Positions 1 through 11,437 of a stretch of DNA of 64,000 nt are shown here, in pieces. The notes beneath the pieces are model-generated. The model saw only the letters and a list, made by a program, of their open reading frames with translations, was not told where the DNA came from and searched no databases. How positions within the stretch are numbered: position 1 is the first letter of the stretch; each line of letters begins with the position of its first letter. The position numbers were made by a program, and so were the translations under genes. Source of the stretch: Felis catus (taxonomy: Eukaryota); assembly GCF_018350175.1 (NCBI RefSeq), contig NC_058368.1:57104001-57168000 (forward strand), written 5' to 3'.

Positions 1-214
1 TACATGCTAAACTGTGGATTTTTTATTTAGTTGAGATGTAAATAACTTCTGACCAGAATAACTCAGTCATGATTATATTTCCTTCTAAAGCATAAATATT
101 GTAAACATAAAATTCTGAACTTAAGTTTGTATATAAGCTGGTGATTTTTACTATTTATTTCTTAATTCTTATAATCAATTCTTAAAATGTTCCCATCTCT
201 GCAACAAGTATAGC

Positions 215-1905
215 TGTGACTGTACTTTGACAAGAGAGCAACACAATTCAATGGCAAAAGGATCGGGCATCTTTTCAATAAATGGTGCTGGAACAACTAG
301 ACACCCACATGCCTAAAGAGATGAGTCTAGAATAGACCTTATACTTTTCATGAAAATCAACTCAAAACGTATCACAGACATAAACTGAAAACACTATTAT
401 AAAACTCCTATAATATAACATAGGAGAAAATCAGGGTGACCTTGGGTTTGTCAATGACTTTGTGAATATAATACCAAAAGCACAATCCATGAAAGAAAAA
501 AGAATGATAAATTGGAACTTCATTAAAATTAAAAACTTCTAATCTGTAAAATATACCATTAAGATAATGAAAGGGCAACCACGTACTAAGAGAAAATATT
601 TGCAAAACACCTATTGGATAAAAGACTGGTTTCCAGAAATATAAAGAAACCTTAAAAGTAAATAAGAAAATATGGGGCACCTGGGTGACTCAGTCAGTTA
701 AGCGTCTGACTTCGGCTCAGGTCATGATCTCACAGTTCATGAGCTCTAGCCCCGCATCAGGCTCTGTGCTGACAGTTCAGAGTCTGGAGCTGGCTTCAGA
801 TTCTGTGTCTGCCTCTCTCTCTGCCCTTCCCCTGCTCACACTCTGTCTCTCTCTCAAAAATAAGAAACACTAAAAAATTTTTTTTTAAAAATAAGAAAAT
901 AAATGATCCAACAAAAACTGGGAAAAATATCTGAACAGACTACTCCTCAAGGAAAATATATAGATGGCAAATAAGCACATGAAAAGATACTAAATATCAT
1001 ATATCCCTAGGGAATAGCATATTAAGACAACAATGAGATATCACCATGTACCTACTAGAGAGGCTAAAATTCAAAACAAGAATAATACCAAATGCTGGCA
1101 ATGATAGGAGGTGACAGGAATGCTCATTCATTTCTGGTGAGTGTAAAATGGTACAACTATTAGAAAACAATTTTGGCAGATTTTTACAGATCTAAATATA
1201 CTCTTATTATGTAATATGACAATTGTAACCTTTAGTATTTACCCAAATGAGGTGAAATATTATGTCCACATAAAACCTGCCCATGGAGGTTTTATTCATC
1301 ATTGCCAAAACTTGGAAGCAACTAAGATATTTTTCATTAGGTGACTAGATAAGTAAACTGTGGTACATCTATACAATGGAGTATGACTCAGCACTAGAAA
1401 CACAAATTGCTATCAAGCCACAAAAAGACATGAGGGATCTTAAATGCATATCGCTAAGGGAAAGATGCCAAATATGAAATATCTACATACCGTAGGATTC
1501 TAACTACATGACATTCTGGAAAAGACAAAACTATGGACACATTAAAAAAAAAAAAAAATCAGTGTTTGCCAAAGGTTGGAGGGAAAGGCAGGGATGAATA
1601 GGTGGAACACAGTAGTGTTTGGAACAGTGAAACTATTCTGTATAACGTTTTAATGGTGAATAAATGTCCTGATACACTTGTCAAAACCAACAGAATGTTC
1701 AGCACAGAATAAACCCTCATGGTAAATAAGGATTTGAGTTAATGATCAATATTGGCCCATCAATCTTCAAATGTACCTCAGTAATGTATGATGTTAATAA
1801 CAGTGGAAACTAGAGGAAAGGTGGGTGGTATATATGGTCAATCTCCACTTTCTGCTCAATTTTTCTGTAAACGTTAAACTACTCAAAAAATAAAGTCTTT
1901 TGAAA
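215..1905 (+). mobile_element. Ancient L1 (L1MC-like) ORF2 3' part and 3' UTR, interrupted by a SINE at 674-887
   Basis: ORF2 motifs TTTTCAATAAATGGTGCTGGAACAACTAG (FNKWCWNN) and AAAATCAACTCAAAA; the 3' UTR ends ...TTTTTCTGTAAACGTTAAACTACTCAAAAAATAAAGTC, typical of L1MC 3' ends; many stops and frameshifts. Confidence 0.85.
674..887 (+). mobile_element. Can-SINE (SINEC_Fc type)
   Basis: GGGGCACCTGGGTGACTCAGTCAGTTAAG head, CT-rich tract, A-rich tail; TSD ~AAATAAGAAAATA. Confidence 0.97.
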
Positions 1906-2149
1906 AATATTCTTTGTATCGATTTTACCACACTGCTTGTGCTTTCATAAATGAATTTCTTAGATTCCAGACACATTTGTACTTGGATAAAATCAAGATT
2001 TTCTGAATTTTGAAAATTATTTTTTTACATGTTAGTCATAAAAAGTATACAGAATCAAGTATATAAAAGTTGAAGATAATTTTAATGCATATACTTATAT
2101 AACTACATCAGTAATTATATTAGGACTAAAGACTCTTAAAGTAAATCTG

Positions 2150-2640
2150 GAATATTAGAAGAAAATTTCCCAGAGCTGAAGGAATACATAAATCTGTATT
2201 TGTATAAGGCCTGTCAAGTACTAAGTAGTAAGAATGAAAAATGACCCACAAGACACATATCACGGCAAAAATTTTGAACTATAAGGAAAAATAGAGACTA
2301 CGGAAAACTTTTAGAAGTAAGACAAATTGCCTACAAAGGAATGAGAATATAAGTAATGCTGACATTCTCATTACCAAAACTGGATTACATAGAAAATGTT
2401 TTAAGAAAATTTGAAAAATAATCTTAATTCATAAGAGCCTATTTTATCAGACACTTGGTATTAAACATAGCCATAGTAATTCAAACAATATAACACTGAT
2501 GAAAGGGAAACTGATTTGGAATTTAGGATTCTGCATCCAAACCAAATGAACTTTAAAAATGAGAAAACAAAATAAACTTTGTGAAAATACGAGGACTCAG
2601 AAGGTTAAGCCCCCATGCATGCTCTCTAGAATATTACTAT
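2150..2640 (+). mobile_element. Degenerate L1/HAL1 ORF1 fragment
   Basis: GAAGAAAATTTCCCAGAGCTGAAG (EENFPELK); CCTACAAAGGAATGAGAAT...GACATTCTCA (YKG.R...DFS-like); AGGATTCTGCATCCAAACCAAAT (RILYPAKL-like). Confidence 0.7.
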
Positions 2641-2789
2641 AAAATATACTCGTATCAAAAATCTAAAAACTGTCAGATTCATCAACAGAGTAGTATTATA
2701 ATAGGTATTGATATTAATGAAATTAAAATTTGTACTATGAAATATGTAAGTAGATATTTTCCATATAATTTATAAGTATTACACCAACA

Positions 2790-2990
2790 TCTAATAATAA
2801 TAGTTAATCTTAATTGAAGGCTTACTGTATCATGCGTTATGCCTTTGAACATATTCTGTTATCCAGCTGTCATAATTCTCTGACATAGGTAATATTTTAT
2901 TTTATATCTATCTTATAGATGAATAAACAGAGGTTTGTTGTGGTTAACTTGGAGAACTAGAATTCAACCACAAGCAGTCTGATGCCACTG
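2790..2990 (-). mobile_element. MIR SINE fragment
   Basis: MIR core-like ATCTTATAGATGAATAAACAGAGG and GAATTCAACCACAAGCAGTCTGA. Confidence 0.7.
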
Positions 2991-3924
2991 TCTTCTTAAT
3001 ATATTACAACAAGACTGTTTAAAAAAAGTGGGAAAGTATTGAATAATTATACTACCCTATAATATGGATAACATCTTATCAATAACAATCATAGGGATGA
3101 TGAAATTAGAGGATGTTTGAAGAAATTCTAGAAATTACATTAGGAATGGCTCTAGATTTTTAAAAATAATTGTTAATTTACATAATTTATATTAAATATT
3201 TGTATTAATTTGTGGCTAAAAAAGCAAGATACTAAAACAATACATTATTCAAAAATTTATGAGGATGCAAAATTCTGTATATTAATTCATAATATATTTA
3301 ATAAATAGATACCGATAGGCAAGAGATTAAAATCTAAAAGAGTGAATATTTATGTGAAAATAATTGAGTTCCATAAGGAAACTAAAATATATATTTGAAA
3401 TAGATAACATTTTTTGATTGCTTAATGTGTCCCAAATGCTTCTATTTTTCTGAGAAAGGAAAAGTAACACTTTATTGCACACCTGAAAGTAAGTTTGAGA
3501 ACTCAGCTCAGACATCCTGCCAAATGCCTGTAATTTTTTATCCTTTAATTTCTGGTGTAGTTCTCAGACCTCTTATCCCATTCTACCTCTTCCTGCTACC
3601 TCATCATTGTACCATCACCTCTGTCCCCTTCCTCCAGGGGACAATCCAGCAATTAGGTTAGAATTTGAAACAGAAGTCAGAAGGATGTTCTCTGAATAAT
3701 CGCTAACTCCACCTAAGAATAGTCTTGTCATTTTTAGGATGAAAAAGATAGAAATATTAACAAAAGATGGAGGAAGAAAAAAGTACATCTAAAGACAGGA
3801 TTAACAGATAATCCTATCTCATCAACAGCTTCATCTGTCTGATGATTTTTGGTTTTGTCCTCTTCTCCAGAACCTGCTTCTCCACAAATTCTCTAAACTC
3901 CAATAGTTCTTTGATCTTCTTATA

Positions 3925-4115
3925 TGCATCAGTGAGAAATGCTCGAACTTGAGGGTACTTTAAAGTCATGAAATATGTCCATCAAAAAAATTGCAATTTT
4001 CTAGGCCCTTCTGCAGAATCTGATTCAGAAGATCTAGCTTAAGTATCTGCATGTTTAACAATCTCTCTGAGGGCTCTTGGGTGGATGGTCTTCTGGCTGT
4101 ATTTTGCTCCAGAGT
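3925..4115. mobile_element. Degenerate MER5-like hAT-Charlie DNA transposon
   Basis: TTTCTAGGCCCTTCTGCAGAATCTGATTCAGAAGATCTAG...ATCTGCATGTTTAACAA resembles the MER5 body. Confidence 0.5.
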
Positions 4116-4262
4116 TTCACTAGAAATTTCTAGCTACCCTTTATTCAAATAATATTTTTGATCCAAGGCTTTTAATGATGTCTTATTCTTTTAACAGTTA
4201 AAATATTAAATGCCTTAACTTAATATTTAATGGCATTTGTACTCAGTACCTCAAAATTAATA

Positions 4263-4404
4263 ATTCAGTCATTCATTCAGCCATTAACCAATCCTTTCAT
4301 TCATTAAACAAACAAGCATCCAGATCTTATTATGTTCTAGGCATAATTGTTGGTTCTGGAAATATAGCCATAAGAAAGGTAAGGTTCTTGAACATAAAGA
4401 ACTC
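4263..4404 (-). mobile_element. L2 3' end fragment
   Basis: (CATT)n tail followed by TTATTATGTTCTAGGCATAATTGTTGGTTCTGGAAATATAGC. Confidence 0.65.
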
Positions 4405-4750
4405 TGTAGTAGATCGTACTATTTTTTACCAATATCTACAGGGTCCATCTATAAGGTTTCATCTATCCCTTCCGTGTTCTCCCTGTTAGATGAATATACC
4501 CACTTCTCCCTTTTGTATCAGAGCTAATGGGCCATAGGGTTATCTCTGGCCAACAGGATGTAGGAAGAAATGACATATCATATTCAACCAGAAGTTTAAA
4601 GAGCCACAAAACCAGTATACCCTAAGCAACCTTGTTCCTTTAGCCTGAGTTTTGGAATAAATAAGAAACAGAATAGAACCTATAGCAGAGGACACAAACC
4701 AGTAGTGAGAAATAAACCTCTGTTATATAAATCCAGTAGGATTGTTAGTG
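4405..4750 (+). mobile_element. Old MaLR LTR (MLT1J/K-like)
   Basis: TGTAGTAG start; TCTGGCCAACAGGATGTAGGAAGAAATGACA; GTGAGAAATAAACCTCTGTT near the 3' end. Confidence 0.6.
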
Positions 4751-4774
4751 ATACAAATTTTAAACACTTTTTTA

Positions 4775-4925
4775 TTGGCTTACAGGCAACAGAGATTTAT
4801 TCCTCATAGTTCTGGAGGCCTAAAGTCCAAGATCAGGGCACCAACATGGTTGCATTATTTGGTGAGGGCCCTTTTTCTGGTTTATAGCTGATGCCTTCTC
4901 CTTGTGACTTCACATGGTGGAGGGC
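4775..4925 (-). mobile_element. MaLR LTR fragment (MLT1A-like)
   Basis: CAACAGAGATTTATTCCTCATAGTTCTGGAGGCCTAAAGTCCAAGATCAGGGCACCAACATGG is characteristic MLT1 antisense sequence. Confidence 0.8.
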
Positions 4926-4994
4926 AATATAACTATTTGGAAAATATGTCTGAGGAATGTTGCATAACAGATTTTTTTCAAACTGAAGATAAGA

Positions 4995-5115
4995 GGTATT
5001 GGGAGCTGTCTTCAGTGGTATTTTACAAAGTCCTATCATCAGCCCTTTTCTGCTCAGCATTGTTATTAATGTCTTTGATAAAGTCATTTTGGTTGTTGAT
5101 GACACAGATTAGCCA
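4995..5115 (+). mobile_element. CR1/L3 LINE reverse-transcriptase relic
   Basis: 5014-5109 translates SGILQSPIISPFLLSIVINVFDKVILVVDDTD, resembling CR1 RT [22 protein letters not shown]...FADDTK. Confidence 0.6.
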
Positions 5116-6063
5116 GAGCAAAAAGAAATAATCAACACCTGACAAGTGATGCTTTTCAGACAAGCAGAATAAGGAGAAAAGGAATATCTACCTACCCAAA
5201 CAAAATAAAAGACAAGTATGCAATTATACATGTTTATACACACACAGATAAACACTCTACACAGACTGCATTCCCAATATGGTTATCCAAGGATATAAAA
5301 TCATAATGAAAATAAATTTTCCACTATGCCAAAACAGATGTAGCCAGAGTCTGTGGTAGGGCAGGTAGGGTCTTACCAGTTTCCAAAAAGTCAATTTATT
5401 TCATGATACTGACCTTTTACATGTGGAACTTCAGCTGACATTTGGAAACTCTTAAATTGTTAATCAATGTGCTGCTTTTAAGGAAACATATGGAGGTCTT
5501 AAACCAAACAAACTCTGTATCAGCAAGGCCATACCATTCCAGAAGGAGAACTCATCGTTACTGCCTAAATGCCTCTGAAAAACATCTCTGCCTCCAGCTT
5601 TCTCAAGGAATCCTTTTTCCCTTAGATTACAACAACTGGACTTTAAAAATATCTGATGGGAATTATGAAATAAAACAAACTAAAATTAAGCCATGATAAA
5701 AGTAACATCTGTATTTGGACATAAAACCCCACAACAAAAATACAGGCTAGAAAGGGAGGCAGGGGTAACTTTGGTTTACCAGGAAAAAATGTTCGTCTCA
5801 AAAATATATGATTTTATTTTAACGTTTGCTAGTTCACTATGCATCTACAGTATTAAATATTTGCACAGTACTACACTTTAAATAGAATTGTTACAGAGTA
5901 ATACAAAAGCCAAGTAACATATCATAAGAGAAGTATAAAAGTATAGTTTGGAAAAATAAATATAATAACCATCTTCAAACACTCAATGGACTTACAGATG
6001 GAAAACAAACAGATTTATTTCATGTGCAAAGGTCCAGGGAAAATTATAGGGAACCTGATTTTT

Positions 6064-6292
6064 TTTTAATTTTTTTTAATTTTTTTTTTTAACATTTATT
6101 TATTTTTGAGACAGAGAGAGACAGAGCATGAATGGGGGAGGGGCAGAGAGAGAAGGAGACACAGAATCGGAAGCAGGCTCCAGGCTCTGAGCCATCAGCC
6201 CAGAGCCTGACGCGGGGCTCGAACTCACAGACCGTGAGATCGTGACCTGGCTGAAGTCGGACGCTTAACCGACTGCGCCACCCAGGCGCCCC
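6064..6292 (-). mobile_element. Young Can-SINE (SINEC_Fc)
   Basis: CpG-rich near-consensus copy; perfect TSD GGGAACCTGATTTTT (6049-6063 / 6293-6307). Confidence 0.98.
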
Positions 6293-6326
6293 GGGAACCT
6301 GATTTTTAATCAATCCAAATGAGGAA

Positions 6327-6753
6327 TGTTAAACAGAAAACAGCCAAAATGGCACCACTTATGCTGAGTCCCCAAACTGAGGTTTAATATACAATCCATC
6401 TGAAGTTTCAACCTCCCCCAGAAATGTAGTTATAACTGGTCAGTCAGGAATTGTCTCAATTGATGCCAGTGGAGTAGTCTGCCATGTGGGCCCTCTCCAT
6501 CCCCCAAAGGGAGATGAGGTCATCTGCTGGGTAAGAGCCCATTTTTCCCCCTTAATGAAAAGCAACCTTGCCAGGAATCATCCTTTTCTTCTACTAACAA
6601 AGGATGCCCCACCTTCCTTCCTATAAAAACCTTCCATTTGTACCACTCTGAGCTTCCCTCTAATTGCCAGATGGGATGGTGCACACTTCATGAATCCTTT
6701 AATAAAGCCAATTAGATATTCAAATTTACTTGCCTGAATTTTGTTTTTTAACA
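6327..6753 (+). mobile_element. ERV1-class solo LTR (MER34/MER39-like)
   Basis: TGTTAA...TTAACA inverted termini; 4-bp TSD GGAA; TATA-like CCTATAAAA ~6620; AATAAA ~6701. Confidence 0.85.
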
Positions 6754-6892
6754 GGAAATTGACTTGAATTAGAACAATCTATTAATAGGTATAGACTGTG
6801 TCAAGGGAAAAACACAAAGTGATTTGTTCAAAAGAAGTCTAACAAAGCATCTCCAAAAGATTTTGTAGAAGGGATTAAAATGACACCATCAA

Positions 6893-7115
6893 GGGGTGCC
6901 TGGGTGTCTCAGTCAGTTAAGTGTCCAACTTCAGCTCAGGTCATGATCTTGCAGTTCATGAGTTCAAGTCCCACCTTGGGCTCTGTGCTGACAGCTGAGA
7001 GCCTGGAGCCTGCTTCAGATTATGTGTCTCCCTCTCTCTCTCTGCCCCTCCCCTGCTTGTACTCCTTTTCTCTCTCTTTCTTTCTCAGAAATAAGTAATA
7101 CTTAAAAATAAATAA
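6893..7115 (+). mobile_element. Can-SINE (SINEC_Fc type)
   Basis: GGGGTGCCTGGGTG head, CT tract, A tail; degenerate TSD ACACCATCAAG/ACACAATCAAG. Confidence 0.96.
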
Positions 7116-7359
7116 TATAACACAATCAAGTCATAAAACCATGACCAAATCCAATCATAAGATATAAGTTATAAATCATAGGTCTGGACTCCATGAAAAA
7201 TCTCTCACATTATTGTGCAGTGGAAAAGTGATCAGGAAGTAGATCCATGTAAGCCACATTATAGGCTAACTTCAACAACACCTGATGTTCATTGATGAGT
7301 TGGCCTAATTAAGTACATGTGATATGAAACCTTATAGGTAAATACAAAGTCATCTATGC

Positions 7360-7767
7360 TTGTGGTTCTCAACCATGGCTACCCATTAGAATATCACCTG
7401 GGAGATTTTTTTTTTTTTTTAACATTTATTTATTTTTGAGACAGAGAGAGACAGAACATGAGTGGGGGAGGGGCAGAGAGAGAGGGAGACACAGAATCGG
7501 AAACAGGCTCCAGGCCCTGAGCCATCAGCCCAGAGCCCGACGCGGGGCTCGAACTCCCGGACCGCGAGATCGTGACCTGGCTGAAGTCGGACGCTTAACC
7601 GACTGCGGCCACCCAGGCGCCCCTCACCTGGGAGATATTAATGGTTCTTAATGCCAAGTCCCCTCTACCTTCAGATATTTTTATATAATTCGGAGCAAGT
7701 TCTTCCAACATGATTTCTTTCAATACTTCCAAGTTATTATACATTCATCTAAGGTTGAGTGCCATTA
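7360..7767. mobile_element. MER5-like hAT-Charlie transposon split by a SINE
   Basis: GTGGTTCTCAACCATGGCT...CATTAGAATATCACCTGGGAG left end; AAGGTTGAGTGCCATT right end. Confidence 0.7.
7407..7623 (-). mobile_element. Young Can-SINE (SINEC_Fc)
   Basis: CpG-rich near-consensus copy; perfect TSD TCACCTGGGAGAT (7394-7406 / 7624-7636). Confidence 0.98.
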
Positions 7768-7949
7768 AAGTAGTCTAAATTCACTATAGTGGGATTGAAT
7801 GGCCGTTCCCACTGGGTGGATTATACATAGTTTTCAGTATTTCTCAAGAAAATGTTCTCATTTGTCTACTTATTTAATAAACACTGAGTCTTTAGCTAGG
7901 ACTAAGAATATAAGAAAAACTAAAGTAGCTATAAAATAGTGTGAATATA

Positions 7950-8175
7950 GGGGCGTCTGAGTGGCTCAGTTGGTTGAACATCCGACATCAGCTCAGGTCA
8001 TGATCTCGCGGTCTGTGAGTTCCAGCCCCGCCTCAGGCTCTGTGCTGACAGCTCAGAGCCTGGAGTCTGCTTTGGATTCTGTGTTTTCCTCTCTCTCTCT
8101 GCTTCTGCCCTGCTTGTGCTCTGTCTCTGTCTCAAAAATAAATAAACATTAAAATTTTATTTTAATTAAAAAAAG
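7950..8175 (+). mobile_element. Can-SINE (SINEC_Fc type)
   Basis: Full head, body and tail; TSD ATAGTGTGAATATA. Confidence 0.97.
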
Positions 8176-9869
8176 ATAGTGTGAATATAAATAGCAGAGA
8201 GATATAAAATAGAAAAAAGTAAAGGTGCAAAATGCAAATTCCAATCTGAAAGGACATACATCTTCATGTGAAGTGATATGGATTGGAAAAATCATTCAAA
8301 CCTAGGATAAAGGGGCAAACTGAGATCAGCTTAGAAAGAACCTCATACCCTAAAGCATTTGAGACTTACTTATCCTGGAACAAAATGTGGTGATATTGAA
8401 GACAAGGAGAGGAGCTCACTCCTCCTGCTTTTTCCCACTCACATTTTTTCCCTAACACATAGACATATAGAAATGGTTTTTAATTATTTTTTGGCATGAA
8501 GTAGGTATTCTTTAAACACTAGAACACCCAATTTGAAATTCTCTTTAGTCCATGTCTCGAGAGAGAATACAATCCTTGTGTCTATTTTCTCACAGGGCTT
8601 GGAACTGATGACTGATATTATAGGAAGATATCAATGGGTATCTAGAAACAGGAAATATGGAACTTTGGACAATCGTGACCTCAGAACAAATTGCTGCACT
8701 GCTACTTTTCACAAAGGAAAAAAAATCTAATAAACAACTTATTAACAGAATTTAGTTATTTTAAGAACCTAAGACATTAAGGGCCTTGTCTAAGAATCTA
8801 TTTATACATGTTTTAGTAATAGTTGATGCTATTAAATATTAAATAACTATTATATTATAGCTAATGCTTATTTGGTGCTCCCGGAATGCCATTCACTATT
8901 ATGTTGTTTTATATTATTAACTAATAAACAAAGAAAATTGTACATAGTAAGCGAAATTAAAAAACTAAATTATTATTAAATTATTTCAATCATGCTTGAC
9001 TATCAGGATACATTAAAATTATAGTAGGTAGTACAAGGAGTATTAAGAAAAATACACATACATACTTCTGTTAATGGTGGCTTAAAATAACCCTAGAAAT
9101 AGGCCACATGCTGCGTTCAAATGAGGTCATGGTCTCAATTCAAGCTTCTGTAAAATACATATATTTTTAATTTTTGGCATCCCTTGTTTGTATGTGTGTG
9201 AGAGTGTGCACGTGAATAGCAGTGATTTGATAAGATTATGCAGACATATGGCAAGGAGCTGGGCTTCTTGGCATGTTTTGGCAGAATGACTAGAGATTTT
9301 TGAGTTATAAGTGAGCAAAAAAAAGAATACTTTTTAACTTTGTAAAACATTTGGATTTTCATAACTCTATATAATCCAAAATAACAGCAGTTATAAACTT
9401 TATACTTGGCAACCTTAACATTCTTATTTCAAACCAAAAGAAGCTTATGTTTTGAAGTCTATGGAAATGTAATCATCTGTAGTCTATTTCCAACACAGGC
9501 AGAAGAGGAGTTTAGTTTAAGACCACATCTAACAAAATAATTAAAATTGTTGCAGATACTCTGATTTGTTTAGTATACAACTAAAATGAGATATGAGCTA
9601 ATGATTTCTAAATTAATATACTCATTAATTTATTCTTCTGCTAGTTTAATGCTATCATTTCTGAAAAAATTTAGTTGAATGATGTTCCATAAGGTTTTAC
9701 AATTTTTAATTCAGTTTTTCATAGTCATAATAAGAAAATTATTAATGATATGCTTCTTATTACTCTGGTTTGTAAAAAGACATGATATATATCATATATA
9801 TATGTATACACTTTTTTAAGTTTAATATAAAGACCACAGTAGATAATCTTTTTAAGAAGCCACATTGTT

Positions 9870-10107
9870 GGGGCACCTGAATGGCTCAGTCTGTTGAGCA
9901 TCTGACTCTTGGTTTCAGCTCAGGACATGATCTCACAGTTTGTGGGTTCCAGGCCTACACTGGGTCCACGTTGACAGCGTGGGGCTTGGGATTCTGTCTC
10001 TCTCCCTCTCTCTCTGTCTCTCCTCCCCTGTTCATGCTCTCTCTCTCAAAATAAATAAACAAACTTAAAAAAAAAAAGTTGGATCCTCTTATTTAAATAA
10101 ATAAATA
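9870..10107 (+). mobile_element. Can-SINE with extended, bipartite 3' tail
   Basis: GGGGCACCTGAATGGCTCAG head; TSD AAGCCACATTGTT (9857-9869 / 10108-10120). Confidence 0.95.
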
Positions 10108-10254
10108 AAGCCACATTGTTAATGGTTTCTGAAAAATAAAAAGAACAACAAAACAAAATGCGAAGTTCCTTTTTGCTTTTTTTACTTTAATAATTCATTC
10201 TAAATGCATTGAGTTAATGTATTTAATTTGTAGTTCCTAGGTAGTATACAAGGC

Positions 10255-10670
10255 TTTTACACTGTTGGTGGGAATGTAAATTGGTGCAACCACTATGGAA
10301 AGCAAACAGTATGGAGGTTCCTCAAAAAATTAAAAATAGAACTCCCATATGGTCCAGCAATCCCACATCTGGGCATTCATTTGAAGAAAATGGCAACACT
10401 AACTCAAACAGATATCTGTATCCCCATGTTCACTGCAGCATTTTGGCTAAGATCAAGTGTAAACTTCCCGTTATAAAGAAATAAGTCATGGAAATGTAAT
10501 GTACAGCATGGTGACTATAGTTATAACTACTCTATTATATATTTGAAAGTTGCTAAGGGAGTAGGCTTTAAAAATTCACATCACAAGGAAAAAATTGTAA
10601 CTACGTGTGGTGATGGAAGTTAACTAGACTTACTGCGGTGATCATTTTGGAATATATACAAATATTAAAA
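10255..10670 (+). mobile_element. L1MA9-like 3' end fragment with an internal deletion
   Basis: ACACTGTTGGTGGGAATGTAAATTGGTGCAACCACTATGGAAA... (ORF2 C-terminus) joined to 3' UTR AATGTACAGCATGGTGACTATAGTTA...TGAAAGTTGCTAAG. Confidence 0.88.
10441..10461 (+). pseudogene. U2 snRNA fragment (nt 15-35)
   Basis: TTTTGGCTAAGATCAAGTGTA is identical to vertebrate U2 5' sequence ATCGCTTCTCGGCC[TTTTGGCTAAGATCAAGTGTA]GTATCTG. Confidence 0.7.
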
Positions 10671-11226
10671 AGGCATTACGGGCCAAACCTTATTATCACA
10701 AGTATAAAATAACTCCCCAAAAACTAATGTTAACACTGGTTTTCAATTATAAATGTGCTTTGAAAGTTGTGCTACACAGAAGTGTTGACCTCGTTGTAAC
10801 ACAGTCTAACTCACATATAGATGGTAATACTTATTTACAATTCCTGAAAAAGGGAAACTGGAGAGATTTCTCAGTCATAATTATTACATGATTACAAATG
10901 AAGAATTTTAAACAATTTCAGAAAATATATGAATGTTTTGTCTTCTCTTCCCTTGACGAATTTCTACAAATTTTTGCATCTATTCTTTCAAGATGAGAGA
11001 TGGATTCAACTTCCATGATAGATACTTTAGTTTATTTTTTATTGATAAAAATACAGAAAGTAGTATTTTTCAAATTTTCATTTGTAATTTATAAAAAAAG
11101 AAAAATTTGTGTGTGTGTGTTTATACATCTGTATAAGTATGTACAAATATATACACATAGGTATTATATATACATATATAACGTTCTACCATTACTTCAA
11201 AATTATTTCAATCATATCTTTTTAAA

Positions 11227-11437
11227 ATTTTTTTTCAATGTTTATTTATTTTTGGGACAGAGAGAGACAGAGCATGGACGGGGGAGGGGCAGAGAGAGAG
11301 GGAGACACAGAATCAGAAACAGGCTCCAGGCTCTGAACCATCAGCCCAGAACCCGATGCGGGGCTCGAACTCACAGACCGCGAGATCGTGACCTGGCTGA
11401 AGTCGGACGCTTAACCAACTGGCCACCCAGGCGCCCC
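11227..11437 (-). mobile_element. Young Can-SINE (SINEC_Fc)
   Basis: CpG-rich copy; perfect flanking duplication TTCAATCATATCTTTTTAAA (11207-11226 / 11438-11457). Confidence 0.98.

Noticed and set aside
674..760. tRNA-like A/B box sequences at SINE heads
   Set aside because: These are the tRNA-derived heads of Can-SINEs, not tRNA genes.
685..873. Recurrent ORF family 'SAQVMIS...LEPASDSVSPSLS' (also 6880, 7961, 41430, 42070, 42790, 57287, 61947)
   Set aside because: These are translations of Can-SINE bodies, not a paralogous gene family.
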